Source: Elusimicrobiales bacterium
Lineage (GTDB): Bacteria; Elusimicrobiota; Elusimicrobia; Elusimicrobiales; UBA9959
Assembly (NCBI GenBank): GCA_049972095.1
Contig: JBMFKQ010000002.1
Span: forward strand, 1 to 64,000
Direction: 5' to 3'
DNA length: 64,000 nt
The translations under genes were made by a program, and so were the position numbers. Positions 19,859 through 29,210 of this stretch are shown piece after piece (the stretch's first letter is position 1; each line of letters opens with the position of its first letter). The notes beneath the pieces were generated by a model that saw nothing but the letters and a program-made list of their open reading frames with translations, was not told the DNA's origin and did no database searches.

Positions 19859-20047
19859 ATAGGATAAAGGTCCTATATGTAGATATGACCTTTAGCTTTG
19901 TAATCTTTGAATTTACATCTTATAATTAAATTAGATGACTAAAGATAGATTGTTCTTTGATGGCATAGCTCATCAAACTTCAAGCTGGATTTTTATATTT
20001 CCTTTGAGGATTTAAAAGGGGCAAGCCCTTTAGGTAAAGGAGGGTAT

Positions 20048-21334
20048 ATGTTAAAACTTTTTGTTTATTCTGTTATATTTTTCTTGTCGGTTGAGGCAAA
20101 TGCTGACTCATATGACTCAATCAAATCAACCACATTTGAAAAGCTGTATAACCAAGCAGTAGAAAGGATAAAAAGCAAAACATCACAGATACCTTTGCCT
20201 GATGATAAAAAGAGGATCCTTGAGGCTGATAATAGATATTATCTCAAAATTACAGCAAAAGATAAATATGAAAGGACAAAACTGCTTGAATTAGGAGTTG
20301 ACATTTTTTCAATATCGGATTCTTATGTAGAAGGGACTATTCCTGGAGAACTTCTTGGCGGTATAGAGAAAGAGTTTTCAATTCTTGAAAGAAAACCACT
20401 TTCCTTATGGATTAGTGAAAACAAGGATTTTCCACCTCAGGATTCTGCATATCATAACTACAACGAAACATATCAGGCTCTTAAAGAGCTTTCTCAAAAA
20501 TATTCTGATATTGCATACCTTTTTTCTATAGGAAAAAGTTATGAAGGAAGGGATATATGGGCTTTGAGAATAAACACAACTCAAAAGGGGCTTGAGCAGA
20601 GCAAAAAACCCGGCATCCTTCTTGTTGGAAATCATCATGCAAGAGAGCATCTTACAAACGAAATGGTGCTTCTTTTTGCTGCTTATCTTTTGGACAATAG
20701 GGATTCTTATAGAGATTATATAGATAAGCTTGATATATACATTATACCGATGCTCAATCCTGATGGTGTAGAGTATGATATAAAAACTGGTGACTACAAA
20801 TGGTGGAGAAAGAATACAAATAAGCTTGATACAAGCTCTATTATTGGTGTGGATCTTAACAGAAATTATGATTTTGAATGGTGTAAATCAGGTTCATCAC
20901 ACTACCAGCAGTCAGATGTCTATTGTGGAAAATCTGTTTTTTCCGAGCCTGAAACAAAAGCCCTTAGAGACTTTCTTTTGCAGAGAAGAAATATAAAAAC
21001 CTCTCTTTCATATCATTCTTATGCCTCTCTTGTGCTTTATCCATGGGGAGGAAGGGATGAACCAGTTAGCGATGAGAAGGATAGAGCTGCCTTTATAAAG
21101 CATGCTAATGAGATGGCAAAGCTTTTGGGTTATAAGGCAGAGCAGTCAAGTGAGCTTTATATAGCAAGCGGTGATATGTGTGACTGGGCATATGATAGGC
21201 TTAAGATCCTTGCTTTTACTATAGAGCTTGAAGGAAAAAGCTTCTATCCAGGTGCTTCAATAATACAGAGTGCTTTTGAAAAAAACAAAAAAGCTATAGT
21301 CTATCTTATGGGTGTTACAGAAAATCCTTATTGA
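20048..21334 (+). CDS. Exported zinc carboxypeptidase, M14 family (carboxypeptidase T-like)
   Basis: Signal peptide and propeptide; HHAREH, NPDG, WRKN, GVDLNRNY, SEPET, SYHSY, FTIEL. Confidence 0.93.
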   Translation: MLKLFVYSVIFFLSVEANADSYDSIKSTTFEKLYNQAVERIKSKTSQIPLPDDKKRILEADNRYYLKITAKDKYERTKLLELGVDIFSISDSYVEGTIPGELLGGIEKEFSILERKPLSLWISENKDFPPQDSAYHNYNETYQALKELSQKYSDIAYLFSIGKSYEGRDIWALRINTTQKGLEQSKKPGILLVGNHHAREHLTNEMVLLFAAYLLDNRDSYRDYIDKLDIYIIPMLNPDGVEYDIKTGDYKWWRKNTNKLDTSSIIGVDLNRNYDFEWCKSGSSHYQQSDVYCGKSVFSEPETKALRDFLLQRRNIKTSLSYHSYASLVLYPWGGRDEPVSDEKDRAAFIKHANEMAKLLGYKAEQSSELYIASGDMCDWAYDRLKILAFTIELEGKSFYPGASIIQSAFEKNKKAIVYLMGVTENPY

Positions 21335-22230
21335 TTATCTTTTAAAACAAGCATAAAACTTTTTATTGTTTTGTGTGGGTGATATGAGATCTTTGCTTTT
21401 TTAAGTCCTTCTTTTCCTATATCAGATTCTTTATTGATGAAAAGATATTTACCATAAACATGTTTTGCAAATTCCCTATCTGTAAACTGATAAAGCCCTT
21501 TTACATTTTTATCAGCTTTTTCAAAATTCAATATACATGTGTTATTGTTTAGATGTGAGCCGATTGCAAAAGACGAAATCTTGCCTGCTATATAGACACA
21601 GATTCCAAAAAAAGATATATCATTAATATATCTTTTTATATTTTCTATCGCTGATATCTCACAGTTGTATATATCAAAGCTTTTGCCGGGTGATATCTGA
21701 TCTTTTATTTCGTGTATGAAGGATATTACACTGTCTATGGTTTGTTGAGAAAAGGGTTTTACCTCATAGCTATCTTTATATATCTTCTCAAACTGATGTA
21801 GAAGGTTTCTTTTAGAAGAATATTTTGAGCCGACAAGTTCTTTTAGACTTTCTGTCCGGTATACATAATCAGTATAGTCAGTTTGCTCATATATCTCAAA
21901 ATATATTTGTATTTCCGGGTTTTGCTTTATGTATGATTCAGGAGCATAATATACAGTTGTAAAATTGATTTTTCTTAAAATGGCAGAAAGCTTATCAGGC
22001 GCAGGTGGATTTTGTGAAAGTGGGAAAAGGATTCTTTTTTTATTTGGATTTTCATAAGGCAGCTCAGCAATTATAAGATTTTCGTCAATAAAACCAAGAT
22101 ACACATCATATATGCAACCATTCCATAAAAATATAGAAGAAAGACTATAAGGAGAAAGCTCTGGTTGATTTTTTTCGAAATAGGATTCAAGAGTTTTTAT
22201 ATCATTTTTGGTTATTTTATTTAATCTCAT
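21328..22230 (-). CDS. DUF2156 (aminoacyl-tRNA-dependent transferase / LPG synthase C-terminal-like) protein
   Basis: DYVY..E.L..L.G.KY..KRN, FEKA, G.YQ, INKESDIG.EGLKKAK.SYHP. Confidence 0.88.
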   Translation of the reverse strand: MRLNKITKNDIKTLESYFEKNQPELSPYSLSSIFLWNGCIYDVYLGFIDENLIIAELPYENPNKKRILFPLSQNPPAPDKLSAILRKINFTTVYYAPESYIKQNPEIQIYFEIYEQTDYTDYVYRTESLKELVGSKYSSKRNLLHQFEKIYKDSYEVKPFSQQTIDSVISFIHEIKDQISPGKSFDIYNCEISAIENIKRYINDISFFGICVYIAGKISSFAIGSHLNNNTCILNFEKADKNVKGLYQFTDREFAKHVYGKYLFINKESDIGKEGLKKAKISYHPHKTIKSFMLVLKDNQ

Positions 22231-22633
22231 AAATGAAAACCTTCATCCCTTTAACATATCTAAACCCATTTTTCTGATAAAACTTTTCTGTCCCCTTTTC
22301 AGATACAAGTATTATGAATTTGAATCCCTTTTTTAAAAGATAATTTTTTATGTATGAAAGTATAGCTGATGCTATACCCCTGTTTCTCATATCCTTTTTA
22401 ACAGTAAGATCCTGGATATAAGCATCATTTACCCCATCTGCTATAACCCTTGCTATTGCCACGATTCTGTCTGAATCAAAAGCACAGACAAAGATATAGC
22501 TTCTTTCTACTATCTCTGAAATTCTTTTGTTTGTATCAAATCTTGTCAGCCAGCCGGCCTCCTGGTATATTTCTTTTATATCAGATATGTTTTTGTTTGA
22601 AGGTTTTTTAATAATTTTTATTTTTATCTTCAT
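22217..22633 (-). CDS. GNAT-family N-acetyltransferase
   Basis: DAYIQDL.V....R.RGIA, FYQKNGF. Confidence 0.9.
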   Translation of the reverse strand: MKIKIKIIKKPSNKNISDIKEIYQEAGWLTRFDTNKRISEIVERSYIFVCAFDSDRIVAIARVIADGVNDAYIQDLTVKKDMRNRGIASAILSYIKNYLLKKGFKFIILVSEKGTEKFYQKNGFRYVKGMKVFIYEIK

Positions 22634-23394
22634 AAAGATTTAAATGTTTCAAGTATCAACTTAAGGAGTATGATGTTTGATATTATAGCAATCATTGGCT
22701 TTATTATCCAGACACCTTTTTTAAGAGTCATATTAGCTCCAAAATAATTGCCTATCACAGAAACGAGACCCATACTAGCTCCAAGCCATAGATTAACCCT
22801 CTCAAGATATAGGAATGTTATAAGTGCTGATATGTTTGATATTAGATTTGTCAATTTAGCAAGCACAGTGCTTTTTAGTATGTCGTATCCTACAAATTTA
22901 GAATAACCTATAGCAAGAAATGTTCCTGTTCCTGGTCCCATCATACCATCGTAGAATGAAATCAATGATGAGATTATAAATATTTTTGTAAGCTTTTCAG
23001 ACTCTGTTATCATCTCGGAGGTGTCTTTAACTCCAAAATCCTTCCTTCTTATGATATAAAATGAAAGTGGCGGAAGAAAAAAGAAAAGAGCCATTTTAAC
23101 CAGGTAGGATGGAAGCAGTGATATAAAATACGCACCCAGAAAAGAAAAAAGAGTAGCTGATATAAAGAGTGTTAATACCAGTGCAGCCGAGAATCTAATC
23201 TCATCAAGATATTTAATTACTGCAGCAGCGGTTCCAATCGTTGAAGAGAGTTTATTTGTTCCAAGAAGAAGATTCTCATCTACACCATAGTTCAGATATG
23301 CTGGCAGTGTGATTAAACCACCTCCTCCTGCTATTGAGTCCACAAAACCTGCTACAAAGACTAAAACTCCAAGGATTAGAAGCGAGCTATCCAT
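22630..23394 (-). CDS. TSUP (TauE/SafE) family membrane transporter
   Basis: AGFVDSIAGGGGLITLP, GTNK, FYDG..GPGTG.F; start moved to ATG 23394, which removes the overlap with the divergent gene. Confidence 0.9.
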   Translation of the reverse strand: MDSSLLILGVLVFVAGFVDSIAGGGGLITLPAYLNYGVDENLLLGTNKLSSTIGTAAAVIKYLDEIRFSAALVLTLFISATLFSFLGAYFISLLPSYLVKMALFFFLPPLSFYIIRRKDFGVKDTSEMITESEKLTKIFIISSLISFYDGMMGPGTGTFLAIGYSKFVGYDILKSTVLAKLTNLISNISALITFLYLERVNLWLGASMGLVSVIGNYFGANMTLKKGVWIIKPMIAIISNIILLKLILETFKSL

Positions 23395-23456
23395 AAGATA
23401 AATTTTAGCAAATATAATATAATTAATAGAAAGAGGATAATTAGAGGTAGTTCCAA

Positions 23457-24560
23457 ATGAAGCTACTTTTTCTTTTACTTTCATTTGTCTTCCCATCAGA
23501 GATAGGTTTTGGACCTTATATAAATGCTGTCACTGATTCATCTGCTATCATAAAATATGGGTTTAAAAGGCCATCGATTAGTTGGGTTAGCTGGGGTATT
23601 TCACCTAAGTGTGATATGTATATGACATTTTTTGCTCCTCAAAAATCCTTAACCCTTCCACTCTATGCACTTCAGCCAGGTAAAGAATACTGTTATAGAA
23701 TATATCTTCCCATAGAAAACTCAACCTTTAGCTACATTGCCTCATCCTCAACTTTTATGCCTTTCAACATATCATCCACATCATCATTTAGTTTTGTTGT
23801 TTTTACAGATCTTAATTCAGGTTATTCTTATGAATTAGATAATCTATTAAAGAAGATTATGGAAGATAATATAATGTTTTCGGTTTATTATGGAAGTATG
23901 ACGAAAACTGACAATGGATACTATCAGTTTTTTTCAAGATATGCTTATTTTATTAAGAAGATTCCTTTTTACATTCCAGTAATTGAACATAATTTTGATT
24001 ATCAAACCTCTTTTGCTGTGAAAGATTTTGCCCGTTTTTTTTATTTTTCCTATCATGGAAATTCTCCATACTACTACTATTTTGATAATAGTAATGCAAG
24101 ATTTGTTTTTGTCGATCTGATAAAATCAAGCCAGAGTCCGAGATTTCTTGCCGATCAGCTTGAATGGCTTGAAAAAACTCTTTCATCAAATAAAAAAGAC
24201 TGGCTTTTTATTATTTTAAATGATAGCCTTTTTTCATCTAACCTTCCAGGAATTAAAAAGATCTCTCAAACAATAATTAAATCAAAGCCGGATTTTATAA
24301 TTCAGTATGGAAACAAAACCTACAGGAGAGAGAAAATCTACTACGATGACTCTCATTTTGAAGCTATTCTAATAACTATTGGAGAAAAACAGATTTTAAA
24401 CTATGATGAAATTCAATCTGGCGAAGGAAGAATGATTGTGAGTGAATTTGAAACCAATGAGGATGGGGTGCTAAAAATATCAGTTGACTCTTTAAAAACC
24501 GAGTTGGGCTATTTTAATTTAGATATAAAAAAACTTGACAGCCTTGTTTATCAAAGGTGA
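23457..24560 (+). CDS. Exported purple-acid-phosphatase-like protein (FN3 + degenerate metallophosphoesterase)
   Basis: GPY......SA.I, L.PG.EY.Y.I FN3 pattern, F.FVVF.D, YYFD..NARF...D, QLEWLEK.L; metal ligands degenerate. Confidence 0.65.
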   Translation: MKLLFLLLSFVFPSEIGFGPYINAVTDSSAIIKYGFKRPSISWVSWGISPKCDMYMTFFAPQKSLTLPLYALQPGKEYCYRIYLPIENSTFSYIASSSTFMPFNISSTSSFSFVVFTDLNSGYSYELDNLLKKIMEDNIMFSVYYGSMTKTDNGYYQFFSRYAYFIKKIPFYIPVIEHNFDYQTSFAVKDFARFFYFSYHGNSPYYYYFDNSNARFVFVDLIKSSQSPRFLADQLEWLEKTLSSNKKDWLFIILNDSLFSSNLPGIKKISQTIIKSKPDFIIQYGNKTYRREKIYYDDSHFEAILITIGEKQILNYDEIQSGEGRMIVSEFETNEDGVLKISVDSLKTELGYFNLDIKKLDSLVYQR

Positions 24561-24578
24561 AAAATGATATAATATATT

Positions 24579-24655
24579 TGCGGGGTAGAGCAGCCCGGTA
24601 GCTCGCCAGGCCCATAACCTGGAGGTCGTAGGTTCAAATCCTACCCCCGCAACCA
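24579..24655 (+). tRNA. tRNA-Met(CAT), initiator type
   Basis: TGCGGGG/CCCCGCA acceptor, A11:U24 D-stem (GAGC/GCTC), CAT anticodon, TTCAAAT T loop, encoded CCA. Confidence 0.92.
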
Positions 24656-24756
24656 CCCTCCCTAATTCAAAATTTAAGCTCGTTGTTTTATTTTTTGCTT
24701 CTCACATTCCAGGTTTTACATAAAAAAAGGAAATTTTATTTTTGTAAAATATCCTT

Positions 24757-25680
24757 ATGAGTGAATATAACATATTATGGTCTATATTTGTAATTATGGC
24801 GGTTATTCTTTTTTCTCTTGATTTCAAGCTTTCAGCTGCAAAACCTCATGAAATAACACTTAAAGAATCTTTGATAATGTGTATGATGTGGATTAGTTTT
24901 GCGATGATTTATGGGATTTTAATCTGGCATTATCTGGGGGCTTCAAAATTTGCAGAGTATCTTACTGCTTATGTTGTAGAATACTCTCTTTCTATTGATA
25001 ATATGTTTGTCTTTTTGATGATATTTTCGTATTTTGGGGTGGAAAAAAAATATCAGCCAAAGGTTCTTGTTATAGGAATACTGAGTGCTGTAATAATGAG
25101 GATGTTTTTTATATTTGTTGGTGTAGAGGCGGTTAAAAGGTTTTCATGGCTGCTTTATATCTTTGCAGTTATACTCATATACAGTGGATTTAAGATGTTT
25201 TCTGATAAGGTAGATAAAATAGAGCTTGATAGAAATTTAATTTTCAGGTTTATTAATAAGAAATATATACCTATTGATATGGATATAAAAAACGGAGGTT
25301 TCTGGGTTATCAAAAATGGAAGGATTGTTTTTACATCACTTCTTGCTGTGCTTGCTGTCATTGAAACAACAGATTTGGTATTTGCTGTTGATTCTATACC
25401 AGCAGTTTTATCTATTTCTCGTGATAGACTTGTTGTTTATTCATCAAATATATTTGCGGTCATAGGATTAAGAAGTCTTTATTTTTCACTTGCAGCATTA
25501 AATGATTATTTTAGATATCTCAAACAAGGAGTATCTGTTGTTTTAATTTACATAGGTTTAAAAATGCTTTTATCAAAATTTGTTCATATACAACCATTTA
25601 CATCACTTATAATTGTCTTAACAATACTTTTATTCTCCATGATTATTTCGGTTATAAAAAAGATTGATTATAATGGTTAA
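24757..25680 (+). CDS. TerC/Alx family metal-homeostasis membrane protein
   Basis: EYSLSIDNMFVF, GIL.A...R..FI, IETTDLVFAVDSIPAV, SNIFAVIGLRSLYF. Confidence 0.95.
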   Translation: MSEYNILWSIFVIMAVILFSLDFKLSAAKPHEITLKESLIMCMMWISFAMIYGILIWHYLGASKFAEYLTAYVVEYSLSIDNMFVFLMIFSYFGVEKKYQPKVLVIGILSAVIMRMFFIFVGVEAVKRFSWLLYIFAVILIYSGFKMFSDKVDKIELDRNLIFRFINKKYIPIDMDIKNGGFWVIKNGRIVFTSLLAVLAVIETTDLVFAVDSIPAVLSISRDRLVVYSSNIFAVIGLRSLYFSLAALNDYFRYLKQGVSVVLIYIGLKMLLSKFVHIQPFTSLIIVLTILLFSMIISVIKKIDYNG

Positions 25681-25711
25681 AAATATGCTATCATATATCT
25701 AAGGAGGGAAG

Positions 25712-26431
25712 ATGAAAAAAATATCAACATTTATGATGGTTGTTTTTTTGTCTACGGCTCTTGTCAGTTCCCAGGATAAAAAGGATATTAAAGATGTTCG
25801 ATCATCTGCATATATGCTTGGTGTTGCAATGACAAGAAATATCTCAGCTTATGATTTTTCAAAACAAGAAATTAATGATATGATAAAGGGTTTCTCTGAT
25901 GGTCTTAGGAATAAACCTGATTATAGAAATACTGTTGATTATAATAAGGTAAATGAGATGATCAAAGCTAAGAAGAATGAGCTAATGAAGAAAAACAAAA
26001 AAAAGGGTGAAGAGTATCTTAAAAAACTTTCCTCTCAACCCAATGCAGCTGTTATTGATAATGGCATTGTTTATGTAAGAACTACAGAAGGAAAAGGTGC
26101 TTCACCATCAGAAAATGATACTGTGAAGGTTCATTACTCGGGCAAGCTTATAGATGGAAAGGAGTTTGATAGCTCTTATAAAAAAAATCAGCCAGCTGAG
26201 TTTAAGCTCAACAGTGTAATTCCGTGCTGGACAAAGGCTATTACAAAGATGAAGGTTGGTGAAAAGGCAACAATAGGATGTCCTTCAGATACAGCATATG
26301 GTGATAATGGAATAGAGATGGTTATACCACCAGGCTCCACCCTTATTTTTGATGTTGAGCTTCTTGATATAGTAAAGGAAAATAAAGCTGATAATATAGC
26401 AAATGATACAGTGAAGAAAGAGGACAAATAG
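25712..26431 (+). CDS. Exported FKBP-type peptidyl-prolyl isomerase (FkpA/Mip-like)
   Basis: Signal peptide, N-terminal dimerisation helix, VKVHYSGKL.DG.EFDSSY, VIPCW, AYG, IPPGSTL.FDVELL. Confidence 0.95.
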   Translation: MKKISTFMMVVFLSTALVSSQDKKDIKDVRSSAYMLGVAMTRNISAYDFSKQEINDMIKGFSDGLRNKPDYRNTVDYNKVNEMIKAKKNELMKKNKKKGEEYLKKLSSQPNAAVIDNGIVYVRTTEGKGASPSENDTVKVHYSGKLIDGKEFDSSYKKNQPAEFKLNSVIPCWTKAITKMKVGEKATIGCPSDTAYGDNGIEMVIPPGSTLIFDVELLDIVKENKADNIANDTVKKEDK

Positions 26432-26438
26432 TTATACT

Positions 26439-27419
26439 ATGAGGAGAAAGTTTGATATAGTTCTTTTAACGGCTTTGCCGGCATCAGGAAAATCTGAGGT
26501 GAGGAGATTTTTAAAACATCTTTCTTCAGATGAGCTTTTAAATGAGTTTTATATAGGCAAAGTCATAGAGATAGATGATTTTCCTTATGTTCATATGATG
26601 AGAAGAATAGATGATGAGCTTGCAAAAAATGGAATTGAAAGAGTCTTTTTTCACTCACCAGAAAAATCCTTTAAAAATCCTTACGATTGGGGAACTCTTA
26701 TCGAGCTAATAAATATGGATTACAGGGATTTGGTTTCAAAGAGAAGATATGATGAGGATGCCGGCATGTGGCTCATTAAAAGAATAGATGAAGCTGCAAG
26801 AAGGGTGGGGATAAAACCAAGACTTGGTGAGATTGACAGAACAAGCCTAAAAAGAATTTCAGATTCTATTAGAAAGGAAGCACAGGATATACTTGAAGAA
26901 AAATACTCATATTATACTGATGATCTTTCAGACAAAACTATAATTATAGAATTTGCAAGAGGTGGCCCTCATGGTTCATCAATGCCTCTTAAAGAGCCCT
27001 TCGGCTATGCCTATTCATTTTCTATGCTTGATGAGGAGATTCTAAAGAGATCTGTAATACTCTATATCTGGACTACACCTGAGGAGTCAAGGAGAAAAAA
27101 TCAGCAAAGGGCAGATCCAAATGATCCCGGATCAATACTTCACCATGGTGTTCCAATAGAGGTTATGCTCAATGATTATGGATGTGATGATATATTTTAT
27201 CTTGCAGAAAAATCAGAGATGAGGAATACAATAACTGTAGACAAAAATAAAAAGAAATATTATCTACCTTTTGCTTACTTTGATAATAGGATTGATAAAA
27301 CAAGCTTTCTAAGAGATGAGGTTTCTAAATGGCCTGGTGAAAAACTCAAGGAAATAAGGGATATACTAAAATCAGCAATGGATAATCTTTATAATAACTT
27401 GATTGCAAACAAAAGATAA
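26439..27419 (+). CDS. Hypothetical P-loop NTPase/kinase-like protein
   Basis: N-terminal hydrophobic strand then ALPASGKS; IIIEFARG; family not recognised. Confidence 0.7.
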   Translation: MRRKFDIVLLTALPASGKSEVRRFLKHLSSDELLNEFYIGKVIEIDDFPYVHMMRRIDDELAKNGIERVFFHSPEKSFKNPYDWGTLIELINMDYRDLVSKRRYDEDAGMWLIKRIDEAARRVGIKPRLGEIDRTSLKRISDSIRKEAQDILEEKYSYYTDDLSDKTIIIEFARGGPHGSSMPLKEPFGYAYSFSMLDEEILKRSVILYIWTTPEESRRKNQQRADPNDPGSILHHGVPIEVMLNDYGCDDIFYLAEKSEMRNTITVDKNKKKYYLPFAYFDNRIDKTSFLRDEVSKWPGEKLKEIRDILKSAMDNLYNNLIANKR

Positions 27420-27420
27420 T

Positions 27421-27513
27421 CTACTTTGAAAGACTTTTTTTGAAACTCCAGATTGTAATTCCAATTATAAGAGACCAGCCTATTATCATAAAAATCCATC
27501 CACTTGTTTTCAT
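27421..27513 (-). CDS. 30-aa single-TM protein, putative NSS transporter small subunit
   Basis: Not in ORF track: MKTSGWIFMIIGWSLIIGITIWSFKKSLSK*; its ATG overlaps the NSS stop (ATGA); GGAG upstream. Confidence 0.75.
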   Translation of the reverse strand: MKTSGWIFMIIGWSLIIGITIWSFKKSLSK

Positions 27514-29036
27514 ATCTGAGCTCCTTTGTTTTTCAATGATCTTTTTACTAATAGTGCAACATAGAGGAACAAGATTATTATTGATAGCCTACATACCCAT
27601 TGGTATATATTGGCTTCTATTATCTTTGAGAAATCCTGATATATCCATGAGATCATCAATATAGCTATGTATAAAGGCGAGATGTACTTGAGTAGAAATA
27701 TGAAGATGTAAGGGACATTAAATTTTGCTCCCTTATTTATCTCTTCGTATGCATTTTTCTCTCCAAATATCCATGTAAAGATGATAATCTCTATAAGGGC
27801 AAATAGGGTTATCCCAAATGTTCCAGCCCAGAAATCAAAATCATCAACTATACCATATCTTAATCCAAAGATTGCGATATTGCAGCCTATAAATGTTATG
27901 ATTAGAGTATGTATCACTGCTTTTTTATGGGACCAGCCGAGTTCATCCTTCAGAAATGATATAAATGGCTGTATCAGAGCAATACTAGAGGTTATACCCG
28001 CTATAAAAAGTAAGAAAAACCATATAAAACCTAAAAATTCTCCAAGTGGAAGTTTTGTAAATATTATGGGAAGTGATACGAAGCCCAGGTTGAATGCACC
28101 ACTTTTTGCTATATCTACTGTGCCGGTGTATCCATAAAAGGCATATGCTACTGGGATTGCAATAGATCCCCCAAATATAACCTCTGCAAACTCATTAGTC
28201 ATAACAGTTGAAAGTCCGGTTGCTGCTATATCATCATCTTTTTTAAGATAACTTGCATAGCACATTATTGATCCAAAACCTATGGAGGTTGTAAAAAAGA
28301 TTTGTCCTGCAGCTTGAAGCCATATCTTTGCGTCAGTTAGTTTTGAAAAATCTGGATTCCAAATAAATCCCAAACCATTTATGACATTATTCTCTGGTAT
28401 TGATGGGTCGGGGGTACCAAGTGTGAACACTCTTATAGTCAGTATTAGAGCAAAAAGAAATAGGATAGGCATTCCTATAAGAGCAATCCTTTCTATTCCC
28501 TTTGAAATACCACCTGAAACTACAAGGAAGTTGAGTGAAAATGTAATTAAGAAAAATAAATAGGCTGATACTGTAACACCTATTGGAGAGTTTAGTCCTT
28601 GAAAGTTTTTAAGAAAATCTGTCATTAGGGTTTGTGAGGAGAGGTTGAAGTATTCTCGTTGGATTGAAAAAAAACTGTACGCTAATGTCCAGGATTCTAT
28701 ATATATGTAGTAGAAGGCAACTAATAATGGAAATATTAGCCCAAGTATTCCAATATATCTAGTAGATGGATTTTTAGTTATGCAATGAAATATTCCAACA
28801 GCATTACCATGTCCTTTTGACCCACCATATCTACCAAGAGCCCATTCCGCCCACATTACCGGTATTGCAAGGATGACAAGTGAAATAAAGTAGGGTATCA
28901 TAAAAGCTCCGCCGCCGTTTTGTGCTGCTTGAACAGGAAATCTTAAGAAGTTTCCAAGTCCAATTGCATTTCCGGCCATAGCCAGGATTATCCCAATTTT
29001 TGTAGCCCATCTCTCTCTGTTTTTGTTGTTTTGCAT
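27510..29036 (-). CDS. Sodium-dependent neurotransmitter:sodium symporter (LeuT-like)
   Basis: AMAGNAIGLGNFLRFP, GGGAFMIPY, AAGQIFFT.S.GFG, FIAGITSSIA. Confidence 0.95.
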   Translation of the reverse strand: MQNNKNRERWATKIGIILAMAGNAIGLGNFLRFPVQAAQNGGGAFMIPYFISLVILAIPVMWAEWALGRYGGSKGHGNAVGIFHCITKNPSTRYIGILGLIFPLLVAFYYIYIESWTLAYSFFSIQREYFNLSSQTLMTDFLKNFQGLNSPIGVTVSAYLFFLITFSLNFLVVSGGISKGIERIALIGMPILFLFALILTIRVFTLGTPDPSIPENNVINGLGFIWNPDFSKLTDAKIWLQAAGQIFFTTSIGFGSIMCYASYLKKDDDIAATGLSTVMTNEFAEVIFGGSIAIPVAYAFYGYTGTVDIAKSGAFNLGFVSLPIIFTKLPLGEFLGFIWFFLLFIAGITSSIALIQPFISFLKDELGWSHKKAVIHTLIITFIGCNIAIFGLRYGIVDDFDFWAGTFGITLFALIEIIIFTWIFGEKNAYEEINKGAKFNVPYIFIFLLKYISPLYIAILMISWIYQDFSKIIEANIYQWVCRLSIIILFLYVALLVKRSLKNKGAQI

Positions 29037-29136
29037 AAATACCCCTTGTCTGAAACAAATTTTAATTTGATAAATATTATAACAAATTTTTGTTATAATT
29101 TATTTGTAATTTAGAATTTACAATTTTGATTTATAA

Positions 29137-29210
29137 GCCAGGGTAGCTTAATTGGTTAGAGCAGCGGTTTCGTAAACCGCAGGTTGAGGGTTCGATTCCC
29201 TTCCCTGGCT
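29137..29210 (+). tRNA. tRNA-Thr(CGT)
   Basis: Acceptor GCCAGGG/CCCTGGC, anticodon arm GCGGT-TTCGTAA-ACCGC, TTCGATT loop. Confidence 0.95.

Noticed and set aside
20014..20033. GGGGCAAGCCC hairpin as a c-di-GMP riboswitch
   Set aside because: The second stem and tetraloop-receptor architecture are not recognisable; kept only as a generic hairpin.
24535..24573. Perfect TTGACA upstream of tRNA-Met as its -35 element
   Set aside because: Spacing to TATAAT is 27 nt, too long for sigma70.
24656..24756. Possible yybP-ykoY (Mn) riboswitch upstream of terC
   Set aside because: AT-rich with no recognisable aptamer, and a -10 box 6 nt before the ATG leaves no room for a leader.
27440..27664. 74-aa plus-strand ORF after the P-loop gene
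   Set aside because: Antisense to the NSS C-terminus and to the better-supported 30-aa minus-strand ORF.
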